Of a stretch of 59,297 bases of DNA, positions 16,541-25,254 are shown one piece after another. The stretch comes from a virus. The position numbers were made by a program, and so were the translations under genes. The notes beneath the pieces are model-generated. The model was not told the DNA's origin. It was given only the letters and a program-made list of their open reading frames with translations, and searched no databases. The DNA is taken from IMG/VR virus record IMGVR_UViG_3300045988_117970. The stretch is one strand, 5' to 3'. Position 1 is the stretch's first letter. The number at the start of each line of letters is the position of its first letter.

Positions 16541-18103
16541 TCACTGGACATATTTTTTCTTTTTGTAATACGCCGCAATCCAGCCAGACGGAATCCGCAT
16601 CCAGATATTTCCTGCACTGTCATTTTTGATTTCAAGACAGGAAACTTCTGTTCCCTTTTTCAGTTCGCCGGTTGTGTACGCATGTTTTCTGGCATTTTCA
16701 GTGAGGTCCTGCCATTTCTTTGCGGAATAATCTGTGCCAGCCCCCTTGCGGACTCTCAGATTATCTACCGCAGTAGTATAAACCTTTCCGACGGTATATG
16801 TAGGAGCCTTGCTGGCTGAACTTCCAGTGCCGGAAGTCTTTGCATTATGCAGCGCAACCAGTTTTGCTTTTGAAGCTGGGCCGTATTTTCCATCAACTTC
16901 AAGACCGTTTGCTTTCTGGAACTTTTTGAGTGCTTTATCTGTATTGGTTCCGAAATCTCCATCCGCTCCGGCAGTTCCGCAGGAATATCCGAGATCAATC
17001 AACATGAACTGCATAGTTTTGACTGCTGCCCCTGTGTCGCCTTTCATCAGATAATTTCTTTCGGCGTTCTGTGCAGTTTCTCCGCCGGTATATCTCAGAA
17101 CGTGAGTCCAAGGATAATTCCTGTAACTACGGATCAGGAACTCCTTACCAGTCTGATCCCCCGGTCGTCCGCCATGCGCCGTTCCTTTTTCGTTGATAGA
17201 AGCCTCAACCTCTTTACCATTTCCACAGTACATAGCAACATGATAAATCTCATTTAAAAGGACGTCGCTTCGTTCCAGTCCCTCTCCGGTTGCAAGGTTG
17301 ACTTTTGCTGTAATATCTTCAAAGCCATTTTTCAGGAACACCGGTCTCATATTCCCGGTATATGTGGCTCCTTTTGTTTTTACTGGAACTCCTGCCTGTT
17401 CCCACGCTTCAATCGTAGCGGAAGAACAGTCATAATCCGGTCCCCATCTATTGTCCTGATCGTATCCATGACTATTATCATTCGCCGTGTTCTCCATCCA
17501 CGAAATGGCGCTCTCTTTCTTCTGCTGTACTTCCGACACTTTCTTTTCCCCTTTCGCATAACTGTCATAAAACTTCTGTCCTCTGGCAGCTCTACCAGCA
17601 CACACGCTCTCTCTCGTATTTGCCGGAATCTCGAACTTTTTCAGAACAATGTCCGACGCTTCACGAATTGAGGTGGCTGTCTTCAGCACCTTCAAGACAG
17701 ATCCGTAGCTCTCCTGTAATTCTTTCAGCAGGTATTCAATCTGCATATCTTCATTGGCAATGGATACGCCTTTCTGCTTTGCCAGATTCCACAGTCCTGC
17801 TTTTCGTCCCGGGCTTGTCCACTGCGCCAGACCATATCCATACTGCTTGCCAGCCAGCGGGTGAAGAAATTCTTCGCAAGAGATTTTTCCATTGTCAACC
17901 GCTGCTGTATAGGTTTCATGCGTATAGACCTTTCCAACTTCTTTCAGTCTGTTCAGACACAGATACTCTACTCTGTTCGGGTAAAAGCCATCACTTTCCG
18001 CTTCCAGATTTCCGATCAGTCCGCAAGCCCCAGCCGGTGTCATGCCTGCCTGAATAAATTTCTTATAAGCTCTTTTCTCTGCTTCAAAGTTAATCGTCGT
18101 CAT
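16541..18103 (-). CDS. Multidomain endolysin
   Basis: N-terminal lysozyme-like domain (GYGLAQWTSPGRK), central NlpC/P60- or amidase-like domain, PG_binding_1-like repeat (GDFGTNTDKALKKFQKANGLEVDG), C-terminal SH3-like domain. Confidence 0.85.
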   Translation of the reverse strand: MTTINFEAEKRAYKKFIQAGMTPAGACGLIGNLEAESDGFYPNRVEYLCLNRLKEVGKVYTHETYTAAVDNGKISCEEFLHPLAGKQYGYGLAQWTSPGRKAGLWNLAKQKGVSIANEDMQIEYLLKELQESYGSVLKVLKTATSIREASDIVLKKFEIPANTRESVCAGRAARGQKFYDSYAKGEKKVSEVQQKKESAISWMENTANDNSHGYDQDNRWGPDYDCSSATIEAWEQAGVPVKTKGATYTGNMRPVFLKNGFEDITAKVNLATGEGLERSDVLLNEIYHVAMYCGNGKEVEASINEKGTAHGGRPGDQTGKEFLIRSYRNYPWTHVLRYTGGETAQNAERNYLMKGDTGAAVKTMQFMLIDLGYSCGTAGADGDFGTNTDKALKKFQKANGLEVDGKYGPASKAKLVALHNAKTSGTGSSASKAPTYTVGKVYTTAVDNLRVRKGAGTDYSAKKWQDLTENARKHAYTTGELKKGTEVSCLEIKNDSAGNIWMRIPSGWIAAYYKKKKYVQ

Positions 18104-18230
18104 CTTCTACTCCTTTCCTCCCATAAGGGCATACATCATCTATAAATCGTCCGAACTCCCGGACAAATAAAAAAGCGGCACCGCCTCCAAGAGCCAGCAC
18201 CACCAGAATAATCATTGCAAGTGTTTTCAT
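18090..18230 (-). CDS. Small single-pass membrane protein (46 aa) in the lysis cassette
   Basis: Hand-translated MKTLAMIILVVLALGGGAAFLFVREFGRFIDDVCPYGRKGVEDDDD. Its 3' end overlaps the endolysin start. Confidence 0.45.
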   Translation of the reverse strand: MKTLAMIILVVLALGGGAAFLFVREFGRFIDDVCPYGRKGVEDDDD

Positions 18231-18299
18231 ATTCTTCTCCAAAAAGAAGGACGGTTTCCCGCCCTTCCCAGTTGACTTATGAATTGATAATTCAACTCG

Positions 18300-18503
18300 T
18301 CATTCGGTTTCATCAATTTCCGGAAGTCCGGCCAGTGATGTGAGTATAGACGCTACGCCTGCCAGCGCAGCGGTTCCGACTACCACTTTCCAGTCCACGG
18401 CGGAAATTGTAGCGGACGCCGGCAGTAATGCTACTGCGGTCTGTGCCATTGTTTTCGCTGCGCGAATGCCTGCTGCTTTGATCCATACTTTAAAATTCTT
18501 CAT
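18300..18503 (-). CDS. Holin
   Basis: 67 aa with two hydrophobic helices and an acidic C-terminus, just upstream of the endolysin. Confidence 0.7.
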   Translation of the reverse strand: MKNFKVWIKAAGIRAAKTMAQTAVALLPASATISAVDWKVVVGTAALAGVASILTSLAGLPEIDETE

Positions 18504-18640
18504 AGATATGTTCCTCCTGTTTATAATGCTGCTGTGAGCTTGTCACAGCCCACAGCGCAGTTCTTTTGCCTTTTGGCGCATAAATTATCACCTACAATAG
18601 AACTAACGAATTTGAGCTGTTCTGCACGTTCCTGTAAGTT

Positions 18641-19021
18641 TTACAGAAAAGAGTTCTCAGCTTTGCATTTTTCGTAAGTCCTTTTTACATTGTCTGTTGC
18701 AGATACCGCCTTTCCGTTTGGAAATCTGGGGTGATCCCGACAGTAACGCTCGTAAGTATCAACATCTTCGATAATCTGGTCGAAATGTTCTTTTGAATGC
18801 CGTGTCTTGTGGCGTATTTCATCATCAAACCGAAGAATACGATACCGGGCAGTTTTCGCCTCGTTTGCTTCCATCTTTTCGTTGAGATCCGCATTCAGCG
18901 CCTTTCCAATCGCCCTTGCGATTGCGCTCCAAGGATTGATCCTAATGGGAGCAACCTGTACCAGCGTGAGGGCAATCAGCAGGACACTTCCGCCAGTCTC
19001 TACGAACTCTTTCATGCTCAT
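18641..19021 (-). CDS. Membrane-anchored phage protein of the lysis region
   Basis: N-terminal TM helix (GGSVLLIALTLVQVAP); GGAGAGGAGG RBS. Confidence 0.6.
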   Translation of the reverse strand: MSMKEFVETGGSVLLIALTLVQVAPIRINPWSAIARAIGKALNADLNEKMEANEAKTARYRILRFDDEIRHKTRHSKEHFDQIIEDVDTYERYCRDHPRFPNGKAVSATDNVKRTYEKCKAENSFL

Positions 19022-19205
19022 TGGCTTTTACCTCCTCTCCTAAGAATATATCCTCAGCCTCGTCAACGCCTGCGTATGGGCGGCAGAGCATTTCGAGTAC
19101 ATCAAGGTCTTGTTCAATCTGTTCGAGAGTCTTATTCCCCTGTCCTTTCGCAAGAAGCAGAAGATCATAAATGCTCGACCAGAGCCGGGAGATTATCTTA
19201 ATCAT
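18942..19205 (-). CDS. Hypothetical protein (long overlap with the next gene; true 3' end uncertain)
   Basis: 87-aa ORF overlapping 18641-19021 by 80 nt. Confidence 0.35.
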   Translation of the reverse strand: MIKIISRLWSSIYDLLLLAKGQGNKTLEQIEQDLDVLEMLCRPYAGVDEAEDIFLGEEVKANEHERVRRDWRKCPADCPHAGTGCSH

Positions 19206-19639
19206 TTCTTCCTCCAGAAATAATAATGCGGCTTTTCTTCCCCAAACATGTTATATCTCAATTCGTCGTCCAGTACGATTGCCACCCCTGACAGGAAAAA
19301 CCACAGGCATGAAAATGGCAAGCAGATCTGCCCCCACAAATTCAGCGGCATATTGCTGTAGTCCCAGATATTCAGACCAAGCCACATATTCAGAACAATG
19401 CCTGCAATCAGTTCTGTGCCGGTAATAATCAGGCAGCCAATCAACATCTGCAACGGAAATGGCATATCCCATCCGATATGCTCATTCAAAAGCCCACACA
19501 TAACGAAGCAGAAGCCCCCGACGGCAAACATCGTCCAGTGCGTATGCCCTCTAAAAAGCAATTCAAAAAGGCAATAAAGAAGTCCTCCTATCGCCCACAG
19601 ATACATGGTCTTATACAACTTCTTCAGAAATAACTTCAT
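19202..19639 (-). CDS. Polytopic membrane protein (resembles the family annotated as putative ABC-transporter type IV)
   Basis: 145 aa with 4 predicted TM helices. Confidence 0.55.
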   Translation of the reverse strand: MKLFLKKLYKTMYLWAIGGLLYCLFELLFRGHTHWTMFAVGGFCFVMCGLLNEHIGWDMPFPLQMLIGCLIITGTELIAGIVLNMWLGLNIWDYSNMPLNLWGQICLPFSCLWFFLSGVAIVLDDELRYNMFGEEKPHYYFWRKK

Positions 19640-20313
19640 TTTACCTCCGCCTCCTTCAAATATTCTTTCAGAACTTCCGACTGATACTCTCCCGGAATTT
19701 CATCGCCGTACTGGATTGCTTCAATCTCGGAAGCTTTCGTACATGATTTTACCCAGTCATACATACTATTGCAGTAGGTGGTCTGGACAGACACATGCTC
19801 CATCGCAGCCTTTACGACAAGCCCCATTTCTTCGGCAGTATAGAACTTGCATGGATTGCCGTCATTGTGGTATTCGCATTTTTCAGCGCCGGCGTTGAGC
19901 TGAGCCTGTTTACCAAAGAGATTGAGCTGATCGTGAATAGTCAGGCTGAAATGCTGCGTTTCTTCCCCAATTATAACGTCGATGCCGGAAACAATTTTTT
20001 CTTCACACGCTGCTGATACTTCCGACAACTTTGCAGCTCTTCTTGCTTCAATCCCAAGTTCATTTGCATCTAAGTCGGGAATCTGTTCCAACATAGAAAA
20101 CCAGAAACCAAAATCAGCAGCAATTTCCTTTTCTGAAATCACTGCTGCATCTACCCTACAAAAAATCTCGTCAGCCTCATATCCTGTCGGGCCATCTTCT
20201 ATTTCCTGTACAATTTCATGCTGGTTGTTCCTGAGCCACACATCTGCTACGCCATTCGGCTTTGCCTTGTACACTACCTTTTCCATTTTTTCGGGACTTT
20301 GAACCTTGTGCAT
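19636..20313 (-). CDS. Tail-fibre-associated protein (XkdW/DUF4376-like, tentative)
   Basis: GGAGG RBS before the ATG at 20313. Located after the fibre gene and the DGR. Confidence 0.5.
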   Translation of the reverse strand: MHKVQSPEKMEKVVYKAKPNGVADVWLRNNQHEIVQEIEDGPTGYEADEIFCRVDAAVISEKEIAADFGFWFSMLEQIPDLDANELGIEARRAAKLSEVSAACEEKIVSGIDVIIGEETQHFSLTIHDQLNLFGKQAQLNAGAEKCEYHNDGNPCKFYTAEEMGLVVKAAMEHVSVQTTYCNSMYDWVKSCTKASEIEAIQYGDEIPGEYQSEVLKEYLKEAEVK

Positions 20314-21721
20314 AATATCGCCTCCACATATTGAAATATTTTTTCTCAACATAGCCATTTCCTTTGTCGTAATCGCTTGCTATTTTCCTTGCGATCCGCA
20401 TAAGTTCATCTACCTTGTTTCTGATCCGGTATTTCACCATATTGGTATTTTTGAACCAGCCATATGCAGATATGACTGATCTCACAAATTTGATTTTTAC
20501 AGTAACATGGTGTTTTACCAGCTTCAGAAATTTATTCATCTTCCGTCGTGCGGTAAGAAAAATGTTCCTGCGGATTGTTACCCATACTTTCTTGTGCTTT
20601 TTCTGTCTCCCAAAATATGACTTCGTTTCTACATCTCCGCCATGAAACCGAAATCCCATGAAATCCAGTAGGGCACCCTTTGTTTTTCCGACCTGATCCT
20701 CATACATGGTTTTCTGCATAATCCAGTCCGGCTTGATTCTCAGGTCAAGGAAATTCAACATGTAGGCAATCATCATTTTAACTGCCTGCTTCAAATGGGT
20801 TTTATTTGCTGCATACATTGTTATGTCGTCCATATAGAAAATGATATGTGAGATTAACCTTTTGATTTTCGTCTGCCCTCTCCGGCAGGTTTCTTTAACC
20901 AGTCGCTCGCTTGCATAATGATAAGCGTATGAGAGAAAATAATTGCATAAATCCTTTGATACAGGAGAGCCTATCAGAATACCTCTGTCCGGTGCCAACG
21001 CTTCCGGTGACGGCCATTCCTCATATAACTCAATAAATACAGTAAACAGATATAGTAGCTCGTCCGATTTGTGCAGATCTCTTTTCAGCAGCTCCAATAG
21101 TTTTCCATGCCGGATTGACGGATAGCATTTCTTCACGTCCGCCTTTGCACTATATCTTGTACCCTCAACATCATTAGAGAGCCAACGCAGGACTGCTTTC
21201 TTGCCATAGTTCTGGCCTCTTCCTTTGATGGAAGCACACTGGTATGTTCCAAGCTTTGCTTTGAACAACGGCTCTGCCGCCTTTGCTGCAACCTGCTCAT
21301 ATAGGCGAAACAATATCGTTTCAAGCCCAAGCATACGTTCCTTTCCACTTCCCGGGTCGTTGATCTTTGTATAACGGATCAATGGCTGTCCGTAAGTGTT
21401 CGCCAGCAAATGTTCTCTAACGGTTCTGGTGCGGATATGATACGCCATTTCCAACGCCAGCTTGTAATGCGCCGCCCTCCAGAAATCATTCTCAGGAAGA
21501 TTGCCAACACTCAGTGCCGCAAACTCTTTACGGTCTACCGGCTCTAGGTTCGTCAGTTGCGGTTTTAGATACTGTTTTACATACTCCCGGCTTTCCCCGG
21601 TATAGCAGGCAAAGAACTTCACAGAGCTATTCTTTCTGTATTTATCGTGCATATAATCTGTGATTACGTCGTAAATTCTATCTGCGTCCGAAACCACAAG
21701 TCTCTTGCAATATGTTTTCAT
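20216..21721 (-). CDS. DGR-type reverse transcriptase
   Basis: Motifs ADVKKCYPSI, GILIGSPVSKDLCNYFL, IIFYMDDITMYA, LDFMGFRF. The start is probably the ATG at 21721 (MKTYCKRL); the track start at 21814 adds a Cys/Trp-rich leader. Confidence 0.85.
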   Translation of the reverse strand: MKTYCKRLVVSDADRIYDVITDYMHDKYRKNSSVKFFACYTGESREYVKQYLKPQLTNLEPVDRKEFAALSVGNLPENDFWRAAHYKLALEMAYHIRTRTVREHLLANTYGQPLIRYTKINDPGSGKERMLGLETILFRLYEQVAAKAAEPLFKAKLGTYQCASIKGRGQNYGKKAVLRWLSNDVEGTRYSAKADVKKCYPSIRHGKLLELLKRDLHKSDELLYLFTVFIELYEEWPSPEALAPDRGILIGSPVSKDLCNYFLSYAYHYASERLVKETCRRGQTKIKRLISHIIFYMDDITMYAANKTHLKQAVKMMIAYMLNFLDLRIKPDWIMQKTMYEDQVGKTKGALLDFMGFRFHGGDVETKSYFGRQKKHKKVWVTIRRNIFLTARRKMNKFLKLVKHHVTVKIKFVRSVISAYGWFKNTNMVKYRIRNKVDELMRIARKIASDYDKGNGYVEKKYFNMWRRYYAQGSKSRKNGKGSVQGKAEWRSRCVAQEQPA

Positions 21722-22016
21722 GTTTCTCTTTCTTTCTGCTTCAAGGACGTTCGGGTTTACTACTAGCCCCCATCTGTGTCCACTTCCGCCACAGAGCCAG
21801 AGACATGTTGCCATGCCTCCGGTGCTGGTTCGTCAATTTCGGGCATTCCGCCCCAGCTCTTTCGGGGTTCCCTTTAAGGGAACGAAATACAGCACATCTA
21901 AGTTATGCAGAAATTCGAGCGGCATAGTTCCAGTTCCAGTTGGAAAGCCCATTGTTCAGGTTCGCATTCCGACGGCCGTCAATCGTGCCATTGTTCAGGT
22001 TGCCCGAGCCAAGAAC
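21722..22016 (-). ncRNA. DGR template RNA (TR plus structured spacer)
   Basis: Non-coding. Spacer hairpin GTTCCC-TTAAA-GGGAAC (21867-21883) and a CCCC...GGGG stem (21851-21867). Confidence 0.6.
21903..22016 (-). repeat. DGR template repeat (TR)
   Basis: Matches 22155-22268 at an offset of 252 bp. In the target frame it reads VLGSGNLNNGTIDGRRNANLNNGLSNWNWNYAARISA, with 10 AAY codons. Confidence 0.85.
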
Positions 22017-22081
22017 GGAAGCCACTGTGCTGTAAGTCCTGTTGAAATATCGTTGATAGTTACATTTTCTTATGCTGCCTT

Positions 22082-22101
22082 AAAAGGGGAGATCCCCTCT
22101 T
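22082..22101 (-). promoter_or_regulatory. Hairpin downstream of the VR (DGR target-recognition cruciform and/or terminator)
   Basis: Minus strand AAGAGGGG-ATCT-CCCCTTTT: 8-bp stem including one G-U pair, 4-nt loop, 24 nt after the stop. Confidence 0.55.
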
Positions 22102-22124
22102 GCTGTCGCAATTCACCCCCGGCG

Positions 22125-23879
22125 TTATGCAGCCGCTTTGCGCCCGCAACGCCCACAGGCAGAAAGACGAGCGGCAGAGGTCCAGTACCAGGCGGAAAGC
22201 CCATCGGACAGGGACGCAACCCGACGGCCGTCAATCGCGCCACTGCCCAGGTGGCACGAGCCAAGAACCTCTCGCTGGCCGTCGCCAGCGTTTTCGAGGT
22301 TCTCTGTATAAAGCCCATCAGCATAACCAGTGCTGGAAGTTGCTGCGGCCTCAACTGGATAACGTACTTCTGGATCATCAGCCGAATAGCCAAGCTTGCT
22401 GATATATTTCCAGTTGCCTTTGTTATCCGGAATTGCATAGCCAAGAGCAACCCAATCATCTGTTGTCGCTCCTGCTGTAGTCATTTTGGTACAGTCATAG
22501 CAGATATACGGACGCATAACATGGTTTTCGATCTTCATAACTGTGTTTCCCTTTGGCTCCCAGAAGCCAGAAGACATTTCCACGCCAAACAGAATATATG
22601 GTTCTTTATTGCTGGTATTGCTTACCGGAGAGCCACAAGAACCTAATACATCATCGCAACCGCCAGTATTCCACGGCATTGTTGTGATATAGGTTTCGCA
22701 GGTCACGCCGGATACAGTTGTCGGAGCTGTTGAAAACTTCTGCCCGCCATTATCAACATACACAGCGGAATTGTTATCGTCATAGTCCTCAATTTTCGTA
22801 ATGCGAACTCTATTAGCTTTTGCATGAATCCCACTCTGTCCTCTGTCGTTGTTTGGCTTTCCTTCACCATTCAGTGCATTTGCATTTCCGATGGATACTG
22901 TGCTTCCAGCAACAAGGTTCTTGGCATTGTTTTTGGAAATAATGATCCTTTCCACATCCGTTTCCTGTACTGTCGCAGCATACTGCAAATAGTAGTTTGT
23001 GCAGCCTGCCATCACCGACTGGCTGTGTCTGGTGGCAAAAGCAATCTCCATAAGCCTTGTCATTCTCTCAGAATCCTGTGAGGTTTCAGCACAATACTGA
23101 GTACCTTTTTCTCGCATATGAGTCAATGCAGAAGCAAAACTGTAGTTTCTAAATTCAAGCCACGACTCCAAGGCTTCATCTGGCTTTGCACTATTACTTT
23201 TCCTTTCATACCAGCCAGGAATTCCACCACTAACAGAAGCAGCCCTTCCTCCCCATTCTTCGCTAGCCATATATTTTGCAATCGCCACAAATGGTCGGAT
23301 TGTTCCATCCGGTCTGATTGCGCCACCCTCTGGCAGCCATTCTGCAGAGTGTCTGGTATCAGAAATAACGGTATCCTCACCGTTGACATCAAATTTACGA
23401 TACACATACTGAGTCAGATACAGACACCATGTATCGTACTTTGTCCGGGAGAACTCATTATCAATATCCTTGATGTACTGAACCTGAAAATCTCCATTCT
23501 CGTCAACAGATCCATTGACTTCCAGATAAGCAAAACAGCCTCTTCCATCGAAATCATTCTTTGCCCGGACAGTGTTAGTTGAAGGTGCTGCGTTCATTCC
23601 AACAGCGTCGTATAATCTGGTTCCGGTACTGGCAGGTGTCACATCGTAATTATCAAAGTGAACGCCATACTTCTTTCCGTCTTTATGCAGATTCAGAAGG
23701 AATAACGCCTGCTCATTTTTTGTGCCGGCAAAATTTGTGACCGCTTCTTTCAGGGCAACATCATTTTGAATGAGCTGTCCAAACAGTTCATTGAAAACGT
23801 CTGCATGATTACGGTCAGTTGTTTCCAGCATTCGCAAATATTCGTTGAATACCGCATTGTTCACATCAAAAAAGCTCAT
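22125..23879 (-). CDS. Tail fibre / receptor-binding protein; DGR target with a C-terminal variable region
   Basis: 584 aa, positioned after the baseplate genes. The C-terminus ...VLGSCHLGSGAIDGRRVASLSDGLSAWYWTSAARLSACGRCGRKAAA carries the VR. Confidence 0.8.
   Translation of the reverse strand: MSFFDVNNAVFNEYLRMLETTDRNHADVFNELFGQLIQNDVALKEAVTNFAGTKNEQALFLLNLHKDGKKYGVHFDNYDVTPASTGTRLYDAVGMNAAPSTNTVRAKNDFDGRGCFAYLEVNGSVDENGDFQVQYIKDIDNEFSRTKYDTWCLYLTQYVYRKFDVNGEDTVISDTRHSAEWLPEGGAIRPDGTIRPFVAIAKYMASEEWGGRAASVSGGIPGWYERKSNSAKPDEALESWLEFRNYSFASALTHMREKGTQYCAETSQDSERMTRLMEIAFATRHSQSVMAGCTNYYLQYAATVQETDVERIIISKNNAKNLVAGSTVSIGNANALNGEGKPNNDRGQSGIHAKANRVRITKIEDYDDNNSAVYVDNGGQKFSTAPTTVSGVTCETYITTMPWNTGGCDDVLGSCGSPVSNTSNKEPYILFGVEMSSGFWEPKGNTVMKIENHVMRPYICYDCTKMTTAGATTDDWVALGYAIPDNKGNWKYISKLGYSADDPEVRYPVEAAATSSTGYADGLYTENLENAGDGQREVLGSCHLGSGAIDGRRVASLSDGLSAWYWTSAARLSACGRCGRKAAA
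22155..22268 (-). repeat. DGR variable repeat (VR) in the fibre-gene 3' end
   Basis: 22 of 23 mismatches to the TR lie at TR adenines on the coding strand. Confidence 0.85.
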
Positions 23880-23896
23880 TTCATAGCCTCCTTATT

Positions 23897-24277
23897 TTAG
23901 AATGTATCGTCGCATTCAAAGATTGCTTCCATATCGCCGTCTTTGCCTTTTTTCATAAATGCCTTAAAGGCTACAAAGTCGCCCTGTGCGTCATACAGAC
24001 CAACTTCGGAAATATATTCTCCAGCAAGCTCACTGGCTGTCAGTGTACAGCTATACCGGATTTTGGTATCAGACACTACGGTATAGCCGTCGATGTTCTT
24101 TCTCAGGACTTCTTTGTGAAGTGCGTTCTGATCCGGTGAATGTACCACAATTTCACCAGCGGAATTTACGCCGCCGGTACCAAATGCCATTCCTACGATT
24201 TTGGGAAGCGCAGCGATACCAGCTCTTGCTTCCAGCATTTTCTTCTTTGCTCTTGTCGTAACGGTTGTTCCTGCCAT
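23897..24277 (-). CDS. Tail-collar / fibre-proximal protein
   Basis: 126 aa; EYISEVGLYDAQGDFVAFKAF motif and position. Confidence 0.5.
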   Translation of the reverse strand: MAGTTVTTRAKKKMLEARAGIAALPKIVGMAFGTGGVNSAGEIVVHSPDQNALHKEVLRKNIDGYTVVSDTKIRYSCTLTASELAGEYISEVGLYDAQGDFVAFKAFMKKGKDGDMEAIFECDDTF

Positions 24278-25254
24278 TACAGTTCCTCCCTTCCAGAGTT
24301 AAGATTTATAGTTCCGTCCAGCGCAAAATCTCCATTCAACGGCTTTGCGTGCGCTGGAATTAAAAGATTTACTCCAATGTCTTCCTGTGCGCCTATATCC
24401 ATGCGGTATGTTTCCTTAACAGCAGGTGGCATTGTATGATTCAACAATAGACTGCCGTCCAGATTTGTCATTCCGTCCAGAGTTCCATAGCCTTCCCACC
24501 AGTTAAGCAACACACGATGAACTGGGAATATTTCCGCCTGCATTTCATGCTGGATTCCTGCCCGGTATTTCATCTTTGGAAATTCAATTTCATTTCCATT
24601 TTCCACAGTAACCGGATATTTGAACGTAAAAAATGGCGGAAGCTCCGCTGAAAGCTCTACTGCCCCATCAAGAGCATTAGAACCATTCAGCGTTCCGTCC
24701 CACCATGTGATCTGTGTCCTGTGTCTTATTCTGTTGTAAATAATCTGTTCTTCCAGAACGAATGTGCAGATCATATCTCGGATCGTGAACGAAAGGTGCG
24801 CCGGGTATCTCCTGCTGATAATGTTATGGATCTTCCGTTGTGAAAACTGTCCGTCCTCGTCGCAGAAAATTCGGATTTGCAGCTTAATACCATTCCACCA
24901 CAACTCACTCTCGCAGCCAGTATAGGCTTTGATGATCGACTGGATAACCGTCTTTGACAGTTTTCCTGTCCCAGACCAGTATGCAGCTACCGTCTTTCGC
25001 CGTTCTTCCAGTGTTTCGTCTGCCTCCGGCTCTATTCCGAGTGCTGGTTCAAATATCGTCGTAATGGTTCTTTCGTCCGCATTTGCCGGAAACTGGTTGT
25101 TCACAACTCTTTCCAGCCAGTATGCCATCAGATCCAGTGTCCAACCTGCGAACCGGTAATTTGCGTCCATTTCCCTGAACTCAGTCCACCATTTCGGGCC
25201 ATAGCTCACGATTTCCTCATATCCGCTTCGCTGCTGATTATTAAAGACTTCCAT
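24277..25254 (-). CDS. Baseplate wedge protein (XkdU/DUF2313-like) with three L(N/D)G repeat units
   Basis: N-terminal YGPKWWTEFREMDANYRF pattern. Repeats TLNGSNALDGAVEL, TLDGMTNLDGSLLL, PLNGDFALDGTINL. Confidence 0.6.
   Translation of the reverse strand: MEVFNNQQRSGYEEIVSYGPKWWTEFREMDANYRFAGWTLDLMAYWLERVVNNQFPANADERTITTIFEPALGIEPEADETLEERRKTVAAYWSGTGKLSKTVIQSIIKAYTGCESELWWNGIKLQIRIFCDEDGQFSQRKIHNIISRRYPAHLSFTIRDMICTFVLEEQIIYNRIRHRTQITWWDGTLNGSNALDGAVELSAELPPFFTFKYPVTVENGNEIEFPKMKYRAGIQHEMQAEIFPVHRVLLNWWEGYGTLDGMTNLDGSLLLNHTMPPAVKETYRMDIGAQEDIGVNLLIPAHAKPLNGDFALDGTINLNSGREEL

Larger units (their letters stand above)
20216..22268 (-). mobile_element. Diversity-generating retroelement cassette (VR, hairpin, TR, spacer, RT)
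   Basis: TR/VR pair with adenine-specific mismatches next to a YMDD reverse transcriptase. Confidence 0.85.

Noticed and set aside
18531-18549. Palindrome GCTGTGA-N5-TCACAGC between gene 18641-19021 and the holin gene, considered as a terminator
   Set aside because: No U-tract follows on either strand. It could be a processing or regulatory hairpin, but no function can be supported.
22070-22459. 129-aa minus-strand ORF considered as a possible Avd
   Set aside because: It lies out of frame inside the fibre gene and the VR. It has an Arg/Leu/Pro-rich nonsense-like composition and no RBS.
21705-22646. 313-aa plus-strand ORF across the DGR region (also 21712-21927)
   Set aside because: It is antisense to the RT 5' end, the TR, the VR and the fibre gene. 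It has low-complexity composition and no RBS. It is an artefact of the GC-rich repeat region.
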